Assembly: GCA_951406725.2 (NCBI GenBank)
Contig: OX597823.1
Location: 77,066,001-77,130,000, forward strand
Source of the DNA: Octopus vulgaris
Taxonomy: Eukaryota
Direction of reading: 5' to 3'
DNA length: 64,000 nucleotides
Below are positions 25,231-37,152 of the stretch, in pieces. The position numbers were made by a program, and so were the translations under genes. Every line of letters begins with the position of its first letter. Within the stretch, counting starts at the first letter, position 1. The notes below the pieces were generated by a model. That model saw only the letters and a list, made by a program, of their open reading frames with translations, had not been told where the DNA came from and did not search any database.

Positions 25231-26235
25231 CGGGTAATCCCATAAGTTCTGTCCGAATTTTGGATAAAGAATACAAGTGATCAAATGTTGTATTTAATTG
25301 AAAGTTAATCATCAATGTACTTTCCCTGATTATCTATGACTTACTTCAATCTACTTACAAGCTTTTCAATTCCATCAATGTAAAACTCTTGGTTTCAAAG
25401 CGAAGAACTCAGAAATGTCAGGTTCGACCTCCTCCTGGCTTGCGAAAGTTGTGTCCCACTAATAATTCTGTAAACTATGAAACAAATGGTAGTCTGAAGG
25501 AACAAGGTGGATGAAGAAATTTTTCCCAATCGACCTCTTCGATCTTCTGTGATGTGATCTTTGCAGTGTAGGGTTGCGAATTGTCCTGATGAAACATCAC
25601 TCGTTTTTGACTCACTAAAGCGGCTCTTTTTTCCTTCAAACCTTGGTTCAAATGCTGTAATTGCTGACAGTAGACTTGAGCATTGATTGTTGCTTTAGGT
25701 GGTAACATTATAAAGTGAATTACTCCTTTGCAATCGCACCAGATAGAGAGAAGAACTTTTTTCCCATGAAGTTCCCTTCTCGGTTGTGGTTGAGCATTTT
25801 CCCTTTTACCAAGCCACTGTTTACGACGTTTAACATTTCGATAGAAAATCCATTTTTCGTCACATGTCTATCGAAAAAGGGTGAACTGAGTTTGCTAGAA
25901 TGGAGAGAAGAGCAGATGCCAACTCGGGATTTGGGGTTGCTTTCGGACAATACATAAGGCTCCTATTTTCCAAGTTTAGGAATATTTCCACGTTGTTGAA
26001 GATGACGATGAACTGTTGTATAGTTTGAACTAAGCTTTATTGCCAATTCTTCAACTGATTATGACGGATTTTCTTCAAGTAATGCCTCAAGGAGCTTATC
26101 ATCAAACTCAACTGGACATCCTGTTCGATGTTCATCTTCAATTTTACAAACGATCTCCAGCAAGTTCTTTCATTCGAGCACTTTTCATAAACTGGGTGTA
26201 TGTTTCGAGTCACTTCGGCTCCATTCTAAAAAAAT
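25231..26235 (-). pseudogene. Decayed mariner (DD34D-type) transposase
   Basis: Minus strand gives TCDEKWIFYRNVKRRKQW (~25820-25870), VMFHQDNSQPYTA and FLHPPCS; frameshifted. Only one TIR-like end seen (cgggtaatcccataagtt). Confidence 0.85.
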
Positions 26236-27449
26236 AAGCAATCACATCATTGAAATCTCAAAGCTATGAAATAATGTATGATTAGTTCCAAACAATATGA
26301 CTAATTAAACATTACAGTTGACAGGATAATCTGAATGCTACAGGGTTATTTATGGTATAACCTGAAGAGTTGGGAGATTCTATGTATTCTTATGAATATT
26401 GCACATCTACACATGCCTACTTATATGATGTTACATCAGAATAAAATTTTGTAATGAAACAATTGTAGCTATATCATAAAATCCATTCATCTAGTCAATA
26501 ATACATACATATATATGTCTGTGTGTGTGTGTGTGCGCATGTGTGGGTGTGTTTGTATGTATGTCATACTCGATATCGAGGGGGCAGTCATAATAGTATG
26601 TATGTATGTATGTAATCAAAGATAAAATCTTTATAAGATTTTATCGAATAGCCAGCATGTAATGAACCATATAGGCAATAATTAATATAAGTATATATAA
26701 TTACATAAATATAGTTATATTAATAAGGGCTCTATTGAATACCACCACATGCTAGAAATTGATGCCAAATGACTCTAAGAACTACAGTTAGCATGGATTG
26801 AAAGCAAGGAAAGTAAATAAATAAGATTTCTTAAAAGAGGATTAACTATAGAAATCTTATCTACCATAAAAACCCATGTAATTTACACACTTTTTGCGCA
26901 AAAACATAAATAAACTTTAGTTAGTGAGTAAATTACATGAGTAGCTCATTTCCACAGTTTTTTAGAATTTTTTTTTTTGTTGAAAAATGATGTACAAATC
27001 TAAACATTCATACCAGAAGTTGACTTATTTAATTTCAGAAAAGGTTTTTACAGAATAAATATAAGGAAGTTGACTTTTATTTATGCTGGACAGTATAATG
27101 CTTACTTTTTCTGTATAAATTTACTAAAGCCATTAATTGGTTAACTACTTTCTGAAGTTTGATGTTCACGCTAGTAATCACGGTCTGGGCCATATTTTAC
27201 ATTGCTTGGAGTTTCTACCTATCAAAATGGAACCCAGCAATTTCCTTAAATAGATCAGTTTTTCTCTGCTTAGGGAGTCTAGATTGCGTTTGCACCCAGA
27301 AGCTATTTACTCCATTTCTCCATGTTACGACGCATTGAAATTCCTCATTGCTGATATCACCACTATCAGCTCTTACTGCATCTAATGCCGACAACGACAA
27401 CATCATAATTCATCGTTGCACATGTAAACTCACTAAGTAAATATGACTT

Positions 27450-27712
27450 AGTGTGTCTGTCCTTGTTTGTCTCCTCTATATTTAGCCCCTTGTGGGCAAT
27501 AAAGAAATAAGAAACGTTGGCACACTGAGCAAAATGCTTAGCAGTATTTCGACTCTCTTTATGTTCTGAGTTCAAATTCTGCTGAGGTTGACTTTTGCTT
27601 TTCATCCTTTCAGTGTCGATAAATTAAGTACCATTTGTGTACTGCGATCAATCTAATCAGCTGGTCCCCTCCTCCAAAATTTCAGACCTTGTGCTTAGAG
27701 TAGAGGAGAATA
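27450..27712 (+). mobile_element. Composite SINE B (tail plus 5'-truncated second unit)
   Basis: ...gggcaataaagaaata|agaaacgttggcac...core...cttagagtagaggagaat. Confidence 0.8.
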
Positions 27713-27904
27713 TATTCCATGCAGTTTGCCATTTGAATAGTGATGACATTTGTTGTTGCAAGTGTTTAGCACAGATCCATCTGCAAGTAAGAAAACTTAT
27801 GATTAAGCATGTTCCAAATATAAACATTTTTCTTTTTTTTGTAGGGCTAGTGTATCTAGGATTACATTATCCAATGTATTGTTTCTCTTTTAAAATAAAG
27901 TATC

Positions 27905-28158
27905 CATGCCAGTGCAATGTTGAAAGCACCTGTGCTGGTGCCTGGTAAAAAAGAACACCCAATACACTTTGTAAAGTGTTTAGCATCAGGAAGGGCATCC
28001 AACCATAGAAACCAGACCAAAACACATGACTGGAATCTGATGCAGTTCCCCATCTTACCAGCTCCTGTCAAACTATCCAACCCATACAAGAAAGATAAAT
28101 GAACATTAAATGATGATGATGATGACGACGACGATGACGATGATGATGATGATGATGA
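27905..28158 (+). mobile_element. RTE-family 3' end with (GAT)n tail
   Basis: aggaagggcatccaaccatagaaacc...ccaacccata...attaaat(gat)n. Confidence 0.7.
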
Positions 28159-28837
28159 TTTGATGGCTATTTAACTGCTAAGTATTTTACGTACCAGTTT
28201 GAGCTTCTGCTCAAGAAGTCCAATGTTGCCAGCTAAAGTCATGGTTTCTGGTATCTTAAAATATTTCAATAGAATTCGGTTAATTCGGTAATTCAGAATT
28301 CAGTAAAATATTCACATGAGCTCCATTGATGTCCTACTGGACATCAAGGTAGCAGATCACCTATGGTCAAAAGAATTCAACACATGACCATCCCATTTTA
28401 TTATTCACAGTTTAAATTAGACAAAAGTACCCAATATCCCCACTTTTTTGTAACTGTAGGGGAAAAATCTGACTGCTATTTCTAGCAAGTGGAATGAATG
28501 TCTATGTAAAGCCATTGTCAATTTGAGATGTTAAAGAAATCTAGGACACTGGTTTCTATGAAATGAAAAGTCTATAGCACAGAGCTTCCTTGACTTATCC
28601 TGATACAGAGCAGATGTTTTCATGGTAGGAATTAAATTGATTCTCCATTTTGATGGCAGAATAAAGAGTTGGTGAATGATACACACTTTTATTAATTAAA
28701 CCTTGCTAATTGCTAGGAAAATAGTCCAATCAACCATTTATGTCCATTTCAGTTCTATATTTAAGAGATGAGGAATTATGTACATTAATTACATTATTTA
28801 CATTTGATGGATATTTGTCCTCATCTTGTTTGTTGAT

Positions 28838-28883
28838 AACACAATGGTTCGGCTGATATACACTCCAGCCTTCATCAGGTGTC
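28838..28883 (-). ncRNA. Minimal type-I hammerhead ribozyme motif (mutated copy)
   Basis: Reverse complement: gacac CTGATGA a ggctg gagtgtatat cagcc GAAc ca tt gtgtt. Confidence 0.65.
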
Positions 28884-29053
28884 TTGGGGAAAGTTCAAAC
28901 TTGGGTTCCCACTCCTAAAGTATTTTTTGATGTTATTATTATTATTACTATTCAGGTCACTGACTGGAATTGAACACGGGCAGATAGCATAGTGGTTAAG
29001 AGCGCAGGTAACTAACCCCAAGATTCTGAGTTCGATTCCAAGCAGTGACCTGG

Positions 29054-29084
<31 letters not shown>

Positions 29085-29134
29085 CCATTGAAAAATACCT
29101 TAGGAATGAGAACCCAGGTTTGAAATTTACCCAA

Positions 29135-29180
29135 GACTCCTGATGAAAGCTGGAGTGTATATCAGCCGAAAAGTTGTGTT
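29135..29180 (+). ncRNA. Minimal type-I hammerhead ribozyme motif
   Basis: gactc CTGATGA a agctg gagtgtatat cagcc GAAA ag tt gtgtt; stem I and stem II pair around the conserved cores. Confidence 0.7.
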
Positions 29181-29647
29181 AACAACAAACAAGATGAGGA
29201 CAAATATTTGTCAAATGTAAATAATGTAAATAATTTATGTCCATGTTTAAAAATTTCTTAAAAGTTTTCTCTTCTCTGTATTAAACAATTCTGTTTATTG
29301 GCTATAACATCTTCATATGTTAATCTTCTCAGCAAAAATGACATTAAGAAAATTATCCTCTTTATCAATATATCCATCCATAGCAGCAAAAATTTATATT
29401 CACATTAAGAGTTTAGCATTTCTTTTGCTGCTTCCATAGGAGTTGAAATTTGTACATTTAAAGATTCAGTCATTTGTCAACCCTTCTCTTTGCATGTGAA
29501 GTTGATTGTGAAAGAATTCAGTTAAATGCCTCCCAAATGACTGCTATCTTATTATCAGAAATACAAGTACCACTGGTTCCTTTCTAAGATTCCTTTGAAA
29601 TATCTCAACACATTTGCAGAAGAGATCTGTTGAAATATATGTAAACA

Positions 29648-29874
29648 GAGGACTGGTGCCAAAAAGTTCTTGACTTTGGGTAAAAAAAAAAAATACAGGA
29701 GGAGGATCAGTTAATTATGATTTTATTCAACATATTCTCCTTTCAGAATCACACGCTTACTGAAGTGGCACTTCTGTTTTTCTAAGCTCTGTTAAAAGAA
29801 CTCAGAAGGTGGGATCCTCAACCAGACTTTTTGTGATACCCTTAAAGCTAAGAATTTTTCATTATCCCTTCATA
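29648..29874. mobile_element. Decayed mariner-type MITE
   Basis: Imperfect TIRs aaaaagttcttgacttt / aaagctaagaattttt, ending cccttca|TA. Confidence 0.5.
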
Positions 29875-29909
29875 AGTGTTTAACAGTTTGTTTAATATCA
29901 GCAGCCTGA

Positions 29910-30124
29910 TAAGGCAGCAAGCTGGCAGAAATGTTAGCATGCCGGGCGAAATAATTAGAAATATTTCGTCTGTCTTTATGTTCTGAGTTCAAATTCCGCC
30001 GAGGTCGACTTTGCCTTTCATCCTTTCTGGGTCGATAAATTAAGTACCGGTTGCATACAGGGGTTGATCTAATCGACTGGCCCCCTCCTCCAAAATTTCG
30101 GGTTCTGTGCCTAGAGTAAAAAAG
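29910..30124 (+). mobile_element. SINE B monomer (tail type 2) with TSD
   Basis: aatatcagcagcct at 29894-29907 and 30125-30138. Confidence 0.9.
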
Positions 30125-30170
30125 AATATCAGCAGCCTCATACAGTTTCAAGGTATGGTATAATATATAT

Positions 30171-30403
30171 GTCAGTGACCTGACTAATAATAATAATAAG
30201 AAGAACAACAACAACAACAATAACAACATCAAAAAATACCTTAGGAATGAGAACCCAGGTTCGAAATTTCCCCAAGACACCTGATGAAGGCTGGAGGGTA
30301 TATCAGCCAAAACATTGTGTTAACAACAAACAAAATGAGGACAAGTATCCGTCAAATGTAAATAATGTAGATAATTCCTCATCTCTTAAATATAGAACTG
30401 AAA
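30171..30403 (+). mobile_element. Family C (tRNA-HHR) element, 5'-truncated, HHR at 30276-30321
   Basis: cagtgacctg-(aat/aac)n-...gacac CTGATGA aggctg gagggtatat cagcc aaaa ca tt gtgtt...cctcatctcttaaatatagaactg. Confidence 0.85.
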
Positions 30404-30659
30404 TATATAAGGCAAATTTAACTATTTTTCTATAGATGGGAAAGATTATGAATAACTTTAATTGAATTTCAAAACTTGTGAGTTCTCATCAGAGATGTCT
30501 ACATCACTCGAGAAATCATAGAGAAACAATTAGCCAATTTGTTTCTATACTCAGCAAATCTAGTCACTTCGGTGCACTAGTGCTACTAATTTATATATCA
30601 TTAGTGTTTAATTATTGCAGCTTCTCAATGAGGATTTTAGTCTACACACTATCAAAGTA

Positions 30660-31223
30660 TTGGGTTGTCCGGAAAGTTTGTGCCGATTTTTAAAGGAAAG
30701 AAAAAGGTCAAGAAATACTTGCCATTACATTTTTAATCAACCAAATATAAACCATTTTGTTGCACAATGCGTCTCCATCTTTCCTTCAACTTGAAAATAC
30801 CTTCTTCACAGAATTGAGGTGGTTTTATAGCAAAGAATTCATCAAGGTATCTTTTTATGTCATCCAAGGAATTGAAATTTTTACCATTAAGACTATTCTG
30901 CAGAGACCTGAATAAGTGGAAATCCGAAGGAGCAATATCTGGTGAATATGGAGGGTGGGGTAACACATCCCAGCTGAGCTGCAGCAATTTTTGCCTGGTT
31001 CCCAAAGCATCAAGTGCTGAAAATGAACTTTCATACCTTCCATTTTTAAAGTGTTACAGAATTAACACAGGTTATAAGAACAGAAATCTTCTTCCACAAA
31101 AAGATAGCTTAATCTGTGCTCTAAATGGAGTAGTCAAATCCTATTTTATGGACTCAACCACATTCTAAAATAAGTCGAAATATAAGCTACTATAAATCGG
31201 CACGAACTTTCTTGACAACCCAA
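30660..31223 (-). mobile_element. Internally deleted mariner element, copy 2
   Basis: TIRs ttgggttgtccggaaagtt / aactttcttgacaacccaa, TA TSD; ORF 30733-31005 WDVLPHPPYSPDIAPSDFHLFRSLQNSL. Confidence 0.92.
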
Positions 31224-31780
31224 TATTATGTAATATATGTAACCTGTATAGTACAATTCTAACTATTTCTTCATAGACTGAAAAGCTTATGAACAGCCTT
31301 TATTAATCTTGGTACCTTATTGGGTTCACATCAAAAGTGTCAACATTAATTTGACCAACCCCAGAGAAACAAGTTGCAGTTAATTTTGGACATAATGAAG
31401 AATTCAGAAAAACAAATTTGTCATTGTTAATCTGGCATTTTTATTTTTGTTATGGCAGTGAGCTGGTAGAATCATAAAAGCCTTGAGAAAATGCCTTGCA
31501 GTATTTATTCTGGTTCTTTACAACCTCAGTTTAAACACCACAGGTCATTTCTGCCTTCTGGGGTCAATAAAACAAAGCACCACATACTGGAGACAATTAT
31601 ATTGATTAACTCCTGCACCTTATAAATTCTAGCTTTGTGACTAAACTAGAATATAAATTAGCATAAAATTCTGTTGGAAAATCTTATTTTAGGTAATTTT
31701 AGTACAGAAAACTTGTATCATAGAACCAGAGTTGGTCTCAAGTAGATTGGAATCAAAAGCATTATTAATATACAAATTAT

Positions 31781-32768
31781 TAAGGTGGCGAGCTGGCAGA
31801 AACATTAGCATGCCAGGCAAAATGCTTAGCGGTATTTCGTCTGCCGCTACGTTCTGAGTTCAAATTCCGTCAAGGTTGACTTTGCCTTTCATCCTTTCGG
31901 GGTCGATTACATAAGTACCAGTTACGCACTAGGGTTGATATAATCGACTTAATCCGTTTGTCTGTCCTTGTTTGTCCCCTCTGTGTTTAGCCCCTTGTGG
32001 GTAGTAAAGAAATAGGTATTTCATCTGTCTTTATGTTCTGAGTTCAAACTCTGCCATGGTCGACTTTGTCTTTCATTATTTTGGAGTCGATAAATTAAGT
32101 ACCTGTTGCATACTGGGGTCGATCCAATCAAAATTTCAGGCCATGTGCCTAGAGTAGAATAGAATATACAATATTATAGTTAAGACAGCAAGCTGGCAGA
32201 ATCGTTAGCATGCCAGGCAAAATGCTTAACAGCATTTCGTCTATCTTTATGTTCTCGTTTACTCTTTTACTTGTTTCAGTCATTTGACTGCAGCCATGCC
32301 GGAGCACCACCTTTTTTAGTCGAGCAAATCGACCCCAGGACTTATTCTTTGTAAGCCTAGTATTTATTCTATCAGTCTCTTTTGCCGAACTACTAAGTTA
32401 CAGGGGCATAAACACACCAGCATCGGTTATCAAGCGTTGTTTGGGGGACAAACACAGAAACACAAACACATATATATATACAGATATAGGACAGGCTTCT
32501 TTCAGTTTCCATCTACCAAATCCACTCACAAGGCTTTGGTCGGCCTGAGGCTATAGTAGAAGACACTTGCCCAAGGTGCCATGCAGTGGGACTGAACCCG
32601 GAACCATGTGGTTGGTAAGCAAGCTACTTACCACACAGCCACTTTAACTGAGTTTGACATTGCTTGTCATCTTTGAGGGTTGATTAAACAAGTACCACTT
32701 AATTACTGGTGTTGATGTAATCAAATTATCCCTTCCTTAAAATTGCTGGCCTTGTGTATATTGAAACC
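31781..32768. mobile_element. Nested SINE pile-up: composite B (31781-32162), B (32181-32768) interrupted by SINE A (-, 32258-32642)
   Basis: Target motif aatatacaaattat repeated at 31767, 32163 and 32769; family motifs visible. Confidence 0.85.
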
Positions 32769-33041
32769 AATATACAAATTATAGTTGTTAATATTGTTGT
32801 CACTGCTGCAATTTAGCCACCAGTCAATCAATCATGATTGAAAAGACTTGTGATCTATATTGAGTGGCAGCTTTTTATGAATCACAAAAGCAAAAATATT
32901 CTGTTGGAGATGCCTTGCAAAACATACACCTTTTCCATCTTGTACGAAGATCAGGACTGATGTGATGCAAGATTTAGGGAAACTTCATAGGAACCAGTGC
33001 GGAAGCAGGACTGATGAGTGATGATAACTAAACATCCATTA

Positions 33042-34040
33042 CATCATCATCATCATCATCATCATCGTTTAACATCCACTTTCCATGCTAGCATGGGTTG
33101 GACAATTTGACTAAGGACTGGCAGATCAGAGGGCTGCACCAGGCTCCAATCTGATCTGGCTGAGTTTCTACAGCTGGATGCTCTTTCCTAAAGCCAACCA
33201 ACCACTCCAAGAGTGTAGTGGGTACTTTTACTTGCCACTGACACGAGGGCCAAGGTCACACTCAAGTGGTACTGGCAACGGTCACATTTAAGTGGTGTTT
33301 TTTATGTGCCACCTGCACAGGAGCCAGTCCAGTGGCACTGGCAACGACTTCGCTCGAATGTTTTTCCTGTGCCACCTGCACAAGTGCCAGTAAGGCGACA
33401 CTGGTAATGATCGTGTTTGAATGGTGGTCTTAGCGCTCCACTGGCACAGGTGCCAGTCATCGGATTTGTGAATTTGATTTGATTTCGATTTCACTTGCCT
33501 CGGCAGATCTTTGCAAGCAGAGTTTAGTGTCCAATGAAGGAAAGGTATGCATAAGTGGGTTGGTTACACCCCTGGCATAGGCCACAGGTTATGGTCTCAC
33601 TTGGCTTGCCAGGTCTTCTCATGCATTGCATATTTCCAAAGGTCTTGGGTCACTAGTCATTGCTTTGGTGAGGCCTAATGTTCAAAGGTCATGCTACACC
33701 ACCTCATCCCAAGTCTTCCTGGGCCTACCTCTTCCACAGGTTCCCTCAGCCGCTAGGGTGTGGCACTTTTTCACACAGCTATCCTCTTCCATTTTTGCCA
33801 CATGATCGTACCAGCGCAGTCATCTCTCTTGCACACCACATCTGATGCTTCTTAAGTCCAACTTTTCTCTCAAGGTATTTACACTTTGTCGAGTATGCAC
33901 ACTGATATTACACATCCATTGGAGCATATTGGCTTCATTTCTTGCAAGCTTACCAATGTCCTCAGCTGTCACGGCCCATGTTCCACTGCCATGTAGCATG
34001 GCTGTTCGTACATATGCGTCATACAGTCTACCTTTTATCT
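33042..34040 (-). mobile_element. 5'-truncated RTE LINE (ORF C-terminus plus 3' UTR)
   Basis: Minus frame KGRLYDAYVRTAMLHGSGTWAV...LRWYDHV...GRGRPRKTWDEVV; (GAT)n tail at 33042-33066. Confidence 0.9.
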
Positions 34041-34494
34041 CTTACAGAAAAAGAAAGAATATGACAAAGACAGAGATAATCAAAAGAACTACCATTGTGG
34101 CCACCCAGGTTTTTACAACATTATGCAATATACACTCTCTCAATTTAAAGTAATGTCAGCGAGATTTAGTTGCTATTTCTAGCAAATTAAGTAACAACGT
34201 ACATGTTTTCTGGTTTGCATGTATGTTTGAGTGATTGTTTCATTGGTGGAATTCTCTCTTGTTCCTCTGGAAAGATGTTTATGTAGAGTAATTAGATATT
34301 TGTTGTCCCAGAGTCACATTATAAAGATTACTTTCTCCTTCATTGCTGCTCATTGGATGTTCTCTGAAATAAAGGAAAATGATTAATGAGTTGTATTGTT
34401 AGTTTTCGCAAACTAGTTTTAGAATTTATAAATTTATATAAATGAGGGGAATAATTAATGGATGTGTCATTATACATTTATGTGTGTGTTTGCA

Positions 34495-34517
34495 TATATA
34501 TATATACATATACATAC

Positions 34518-34552
<35 letters not shown>

Positions 34553-34655
34553 CTTATATATATATATATACACACACATACATATGTGTACATATAAATA
34601 TATTTACATATATATATATACTTACATATATGTGCATATACATATATACACATAC
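34495..34655. repeat. (TA/CA)n microsatellite
   Basis: Directly visible. Confidence 0.95.
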
Positions 34656-34859
34656 CCCCCTCCACACACACATATGTATAGGTATATGGATATATACAGT
34701 ATGAATTTATAAATGTAAATGGATAACTATACCTGTATATAAGAATAAGCGTGCTCACACGTGTGTGTGTGTGTGTGTGTAATGTGAGATGTTTTAATGT
34801 ATGTGTGTAGGTACATACATACACACACACACACTCTGTTGGATATATGATATCAGTGA

Positions 34860-35460
34860 ACATGAAACGAAACCATCTGTCTCATTTCAGGAAATTGTGC
34901 TGCCTCATGACCACAGGTGGATACACAAACCAAATAGATTTCATATCCACTAAGAACTAGGGTATAAAAATGACTGAGTAGTAAATCTATACCTGATGAA
35001 AAATAGAACGCTTAGTTTTGACTAATGATTAGTGAGTCCAAAAGATTGCCAGCCCCAAAGAAGCGCAGCATAATATAGAGATGCTGTTAAAGAAAAGATC
35101 CTTTGGCAAATGATAGATGAAATGATGTAATAGGTGAGGTACAAGTTGAAAAGAAAGAAGAAATGGACAGCTATTAAATGGAAGACTGCTCCACCATGGT
35201 TAAGAAAGAAGGAAGGTAGTAAGCATAGGGCTAGCAGATCTGAAATGCCCACAAGAAAACATCTGAAACCTGTCCTGGTAAGATGGAGTTAGTCTTCAGA
35301 GATGTGGAACTGGCTTTTTTTTATCAAGGACAGCTACATGATAGGGAACATGGAATGTTATGGTCATCATCAAAATCAGAACTGATGAAAAGCAACATGG
35401 AGACAGTCCACAGAAACTGAAGCACATGCAGGTAACTACACCTGAAGACAAATAAAATCT
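34860..35460 (+). pseudogene. Very old purine-rich LINE-like remnant (similar tract at ~37170-38260)
   Basis: A/G-rich coding-like composition; at ~37920-38095 a KVAERA...NEMHL...DLEA pattern parallels the RTE fragment at 1850-2060. Confidence 0.3.
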
Positions 35461-36020
35461 ATTTCTAAAGAAAAACACTGATGGTGGTCTCTTGCTGGCA
35501 CCTTATGCTCCCCACGCATTTTCCCTCTATAACGATGTTTGACAGCTTCGCCGTCTCTCTGTCATTCATTCTCCCACCACCTCTCTCATTGTACGTCTGT
35601 CTGTATCTATAGAGAGGAAGCATTGACAGCCACAAAAGTTTAAATATTCCCACAACAGGTCTTTTAGAATGGCGATTTATTACATTGATACAAATTGGAT
35701 TTTTATGTGAGAAGGGGTCTAAATGGGGCTGGAGGGGAATAAAAATTTACAGGAGTGGGTGTTTAGGAATTCTCTGTTACATCAAGCTAAAAGATTTACT
35801 CCAGATTTAAATCGTCAATATGTTGCCGTCCATCATGAAGAAATTTTGAATGCCTGCCATAGTGAGTGTACTGTTGTGAGAAAGAATCAATTCAAAATTT
35901 GGTGTTTAGGAATTTTCTTTTACATCAAGTTAAAAGTTTTGCGCCACCCATTAAACTGCAAGTATGTTGCTGTCCGTCATTAAGAAGTTTCAAATACTAG
36001 ACTGGGAATGTTTTGAATGA

Positions 36021-36371
36021 TAATCCTCGGAACTTTCCAGGAAGTAATTTCCCTAATACTCAAAACTTTCCAGAAAATACCCTAATCCTCAGTACTTTCC
36101 AGGAAGTACACTAATCCTCAGTTCTTTCCAGGAGGTACCCTAATCCTCAGAACCTTCCAGGAAGTAACCTAATACTCAGAACTTTCCAGGAAGTACCCAG
36201 ACCTCGGAACTTTCCAGGAAGTACGCTAATCCTCGGAACTTTCCAGGAAGTAATTTTCCCTAACCATCGGAACTTTCCAAGAAGTTTGCTAATCCTCGGA
36301 ACTTTCCTGGATGTACCATAATCCTTGGAACTCTCCATGCAGTAATTTTCCCTAATTTTTCGAACTCTCCA
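36021..36371. repeat. Minisatellite, ~29-34-bp unit, about 12 copies
   Basis: Unit consensus ccctaatcctcggaactttccaggaagta. Confidence 0.92.
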
Positions 36372-36779
36372 AAGCTTTGCATGCCACCAGATGAGTCTAC
36401 CATCCTCAGATTCTATCCCTTCAAACTTTGGTTACCAATATTTTTTTATTTTTATTCAGCTCGCGAGTTCATCTGTCCCTTTTAAATGTTAGTGTTTTGC
36501 TGTCTGCCTTGAAGCAGACCTTTCCGTTGTCACTGCCTGGTATTTATGATTGATCTTTCAAAATAGTTTCTTTCTCAACTTACTCAAAATCTTTTGTTGT
36601 TTATAAATGGGAGAGAGATAAATAGAGAAAGCTAGAGAGTAAGAGAAAGCAAGGGAGAGTCCAAGAGAAAGGAACAGTAAGAGAGTGAGAAAGTGAGAGA
36701 GAAAGGAGAGAGAAACAAAGAGGCGATAAGAAACAGAAAGGAAGCAACAGAAAGTAACACCCACACCCTCACCTGCATG

Positions 36780-37152
36780 TAGAGCGTGTTACCTTAAGCT
36801 AGTTTTATTATAAAGGCAAAACAACACCATACACTTACCTCCTGGGTTTCATTTTCCATACTGTATGTGCAATTCTTTGTTTACTCATCTATGGTACACA
36901 ACGTATTTTCTTTTAACATATTTTAATTAATGTGTTATACAGAGCAGTACTGTACTGTATTAATGTATTTTTATTTATTAATTAATTTTTAGGCATGAAA
37001 AATAAAATCTAAAGAAATATAAATCCCTATTGGTCACAGAAACCCGAGATATACTGAGAAGTCCATTTTATAAATATACATATGTTAGCCAGAAGAATCT
37101 GTAATGTACTGAGGGTGTGATAGGTGAACCGCGATATGGTGAGTGATTATTA
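36780..37152 (+). mobile_element. Possible pogo/Tigger-like DNA transposon end
   Basis: Terminus gtgaaccgcgatatggtgagtgattatta resembles Tigger-type TIRs (...cgagggattactg|TA); the other end was not found. Confidence 0.4.

Larger units (their letters stand above)
28748..29232. mobile_element. Head-to-head pair of tRNA-headed, hammerhead-containing SINE-like elements (family C)
   Basis: Right arm (+) has A-box TAGCATAGTGG at 28985-28995, B-box GAGTTCGATTCC at 29028-29039, (AAT)n and an HHR. Left arm (-) is truncated at the B-box. 12-bp TSD atttatgtccat at 28736-28747 and 29233-29244. Confidence 0.85.

Noticed and set aside
27215-27406. 63-aa minus ORF ending near an AG|GTAGAA donor-like site
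   Set aside because: In-frame stop just upstream, no recognisable domain, no partner exons.
28978-29052. Possible tRNA gene
   Set aside because: A and B boxes are present but there is no acceptor stem or T-run terminator; it is the head of a repeated element.
36021-36371. CRISPR-like periodicity
   Set aside because: Contiguous units without unique spacers, eukaryotic context, no cas genes.
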